DNA of 63,392 nt, filler included, from Octopus bimaculoides (Eukaryota), in assembly GCF_001194135.2 (NCBI RefSeq). It is 3 parts of 3 records of this genome, joined end to end, with 100 filler letters (N's around TTAATTAATTAA, not from the genome) between each part and the next. Parts side by side here need not be neighbours in the genome. Positions count along the whole stretch, not along the records: positions 53,508 to 63,392 come from NC_069010.1; 2 more parts are not named here. One strand, written 5' to 3'. Below are positions 62,696 to 63,392 of the stretch, one piece after another. The notes under the pieces are model-generated. The model saw nothing but the letters and a program-made list of their open reading frames with translations. It did not search any database and was not told the origin of the DNA. Numbering within the stretch: the stretch's first letter is position 1; every line of letters starts with the position of its first letter. The position numbers and the translations under genes were made by a program.

Positions 62696-63266
62696 TCCTT
62701 TGTTTCCTTCCTTCTTATGTGTGTCTCACCTTGCTAAATATCAGCTATTTCTGTATTTTGTATTCCTAATGTATGTGTCTACGCATGCGTGTCCTTCAAT
62801 GTGTCTGTGTCTTTTGTAAGTGCATGTGTGTATGGGGAGTGTCTGTATCACCTATATTCTCTGTTAATACGTGTTCGTTTGTATTTGTTTTTATTTATTT
62901 ATTTGTTCATGTGTGTGTTTTTTTTTGTGTTTAATTAAATTTTGTTAACGTTTGTGTTTAATTAAATTTTGTTAACGTATGTAGAATTAAATACTACATA
63001 CGTTAACAAAATTTAATTAAACACAAAAACCCAAAAAAACACACACACACACATGAACAAATAAATAAATGAAAACTAATACAAACGAACACGTATTAAC
63101 AGAGAATATAGGTGATACAGACACTCCCCATACACACATGCACTTACAAAAGACACAGACACATTGAAGGACACGCATGCGTAGGCACATACAATAGGAA
63201 TACAAAATACAAAATGGCTGATAGTTAGCAAGGTGAGACACACATAAGAAAGAAGGAAACAAAGGA

Positions 63267-63306
63267 CCACTGATGAGGTCACAGAAGTGTGACGAAAGAA
63301 CTCTGG
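63267..63306 (+). ncRNA. minimal type I hammerhead ribozyme motif
   Basis: cca-CUGAUGA-g-gucac(agaagu)gugac-GAAA-g(aa)c-UC-ugg: stem I cca/ugg (extendable gg/cc with a bulged A), intact core, 5-bp stem II, short stem III, predicted cleavage after C63303. Confidence 0.75.
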
Positions 63307-63392
63307 CCGAAATAAGATTAAGATTAATGTAATATAAAGCTGAAGCAAATTAACACCAAATATACAGTGCGTGTGTTTTTATTGGCTAAACT

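Larger units (their letters stand above)
62110..63392. mobile_element. long foldback (inverted repeat) element carrying hammerhead motifs, probably Penelope-like pseudo-LTRs
   Basis: Arms of about 400 bp or more centred on a 9-nt loop (62985-62993); the arms differ by scattered substitutions; the right arm runs off the window. Confidence 0.75.

Noticed and set aside
62155-62915. About 375-bp tandem duplication giving a third hammerhead copy
   Set aside because: The copies look identical and meet at a 10-N gap, so this is probably an assembly overlap and is not counted as a biological tandem.

Overview
Repeat-rich, gappy eukaryotic genomic DNA, most likely octopus/cephalopod. This is an inference from memory of the tRNA-derived SINE families, the very dense AC/AT microsatellites and the gap style. 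Most listed ORFs are microsatellite, N-gap or SINE artefacts. Two identical 100-bp spacers (44 N + TTAATTAATTAA + 44 N, at 24100-24199 and 53408-53507) suggest three joined sequence blocks. The middle block holds an almost complete minus-strand SLC38A9 orthologue (lysosomal arginine sensor/transporter upstream of mTORC1). I reconstructed 15 phase-compatible GT-AG exons from 48923 to the stop at 27089, including a 24-nt micro-exon, plus a tentative start exon at 51996-52120. The right block starts with an orphan terminal exon encoding most of a death domain (53805-53998, +). The rest is retroelement and transposon debris: at least four SINE families, CR1- and RTE-like LINE 3' ends, Penelope-like remnants, mariner/maT fragments, MITEs and satellites. 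Main discoveries: (1) minimal type I hammerhead-ribozyme motifs arranged outward in inverted pairs, in a long foldback at the window end and in an SLC38A9 intron; (2) a SINE and a CR1-like LINE sharing a 3' tail with a covarying hairpin; (3) a 16-bp satellite that appears to have expanded inside the tRNA-like head of a SINE.
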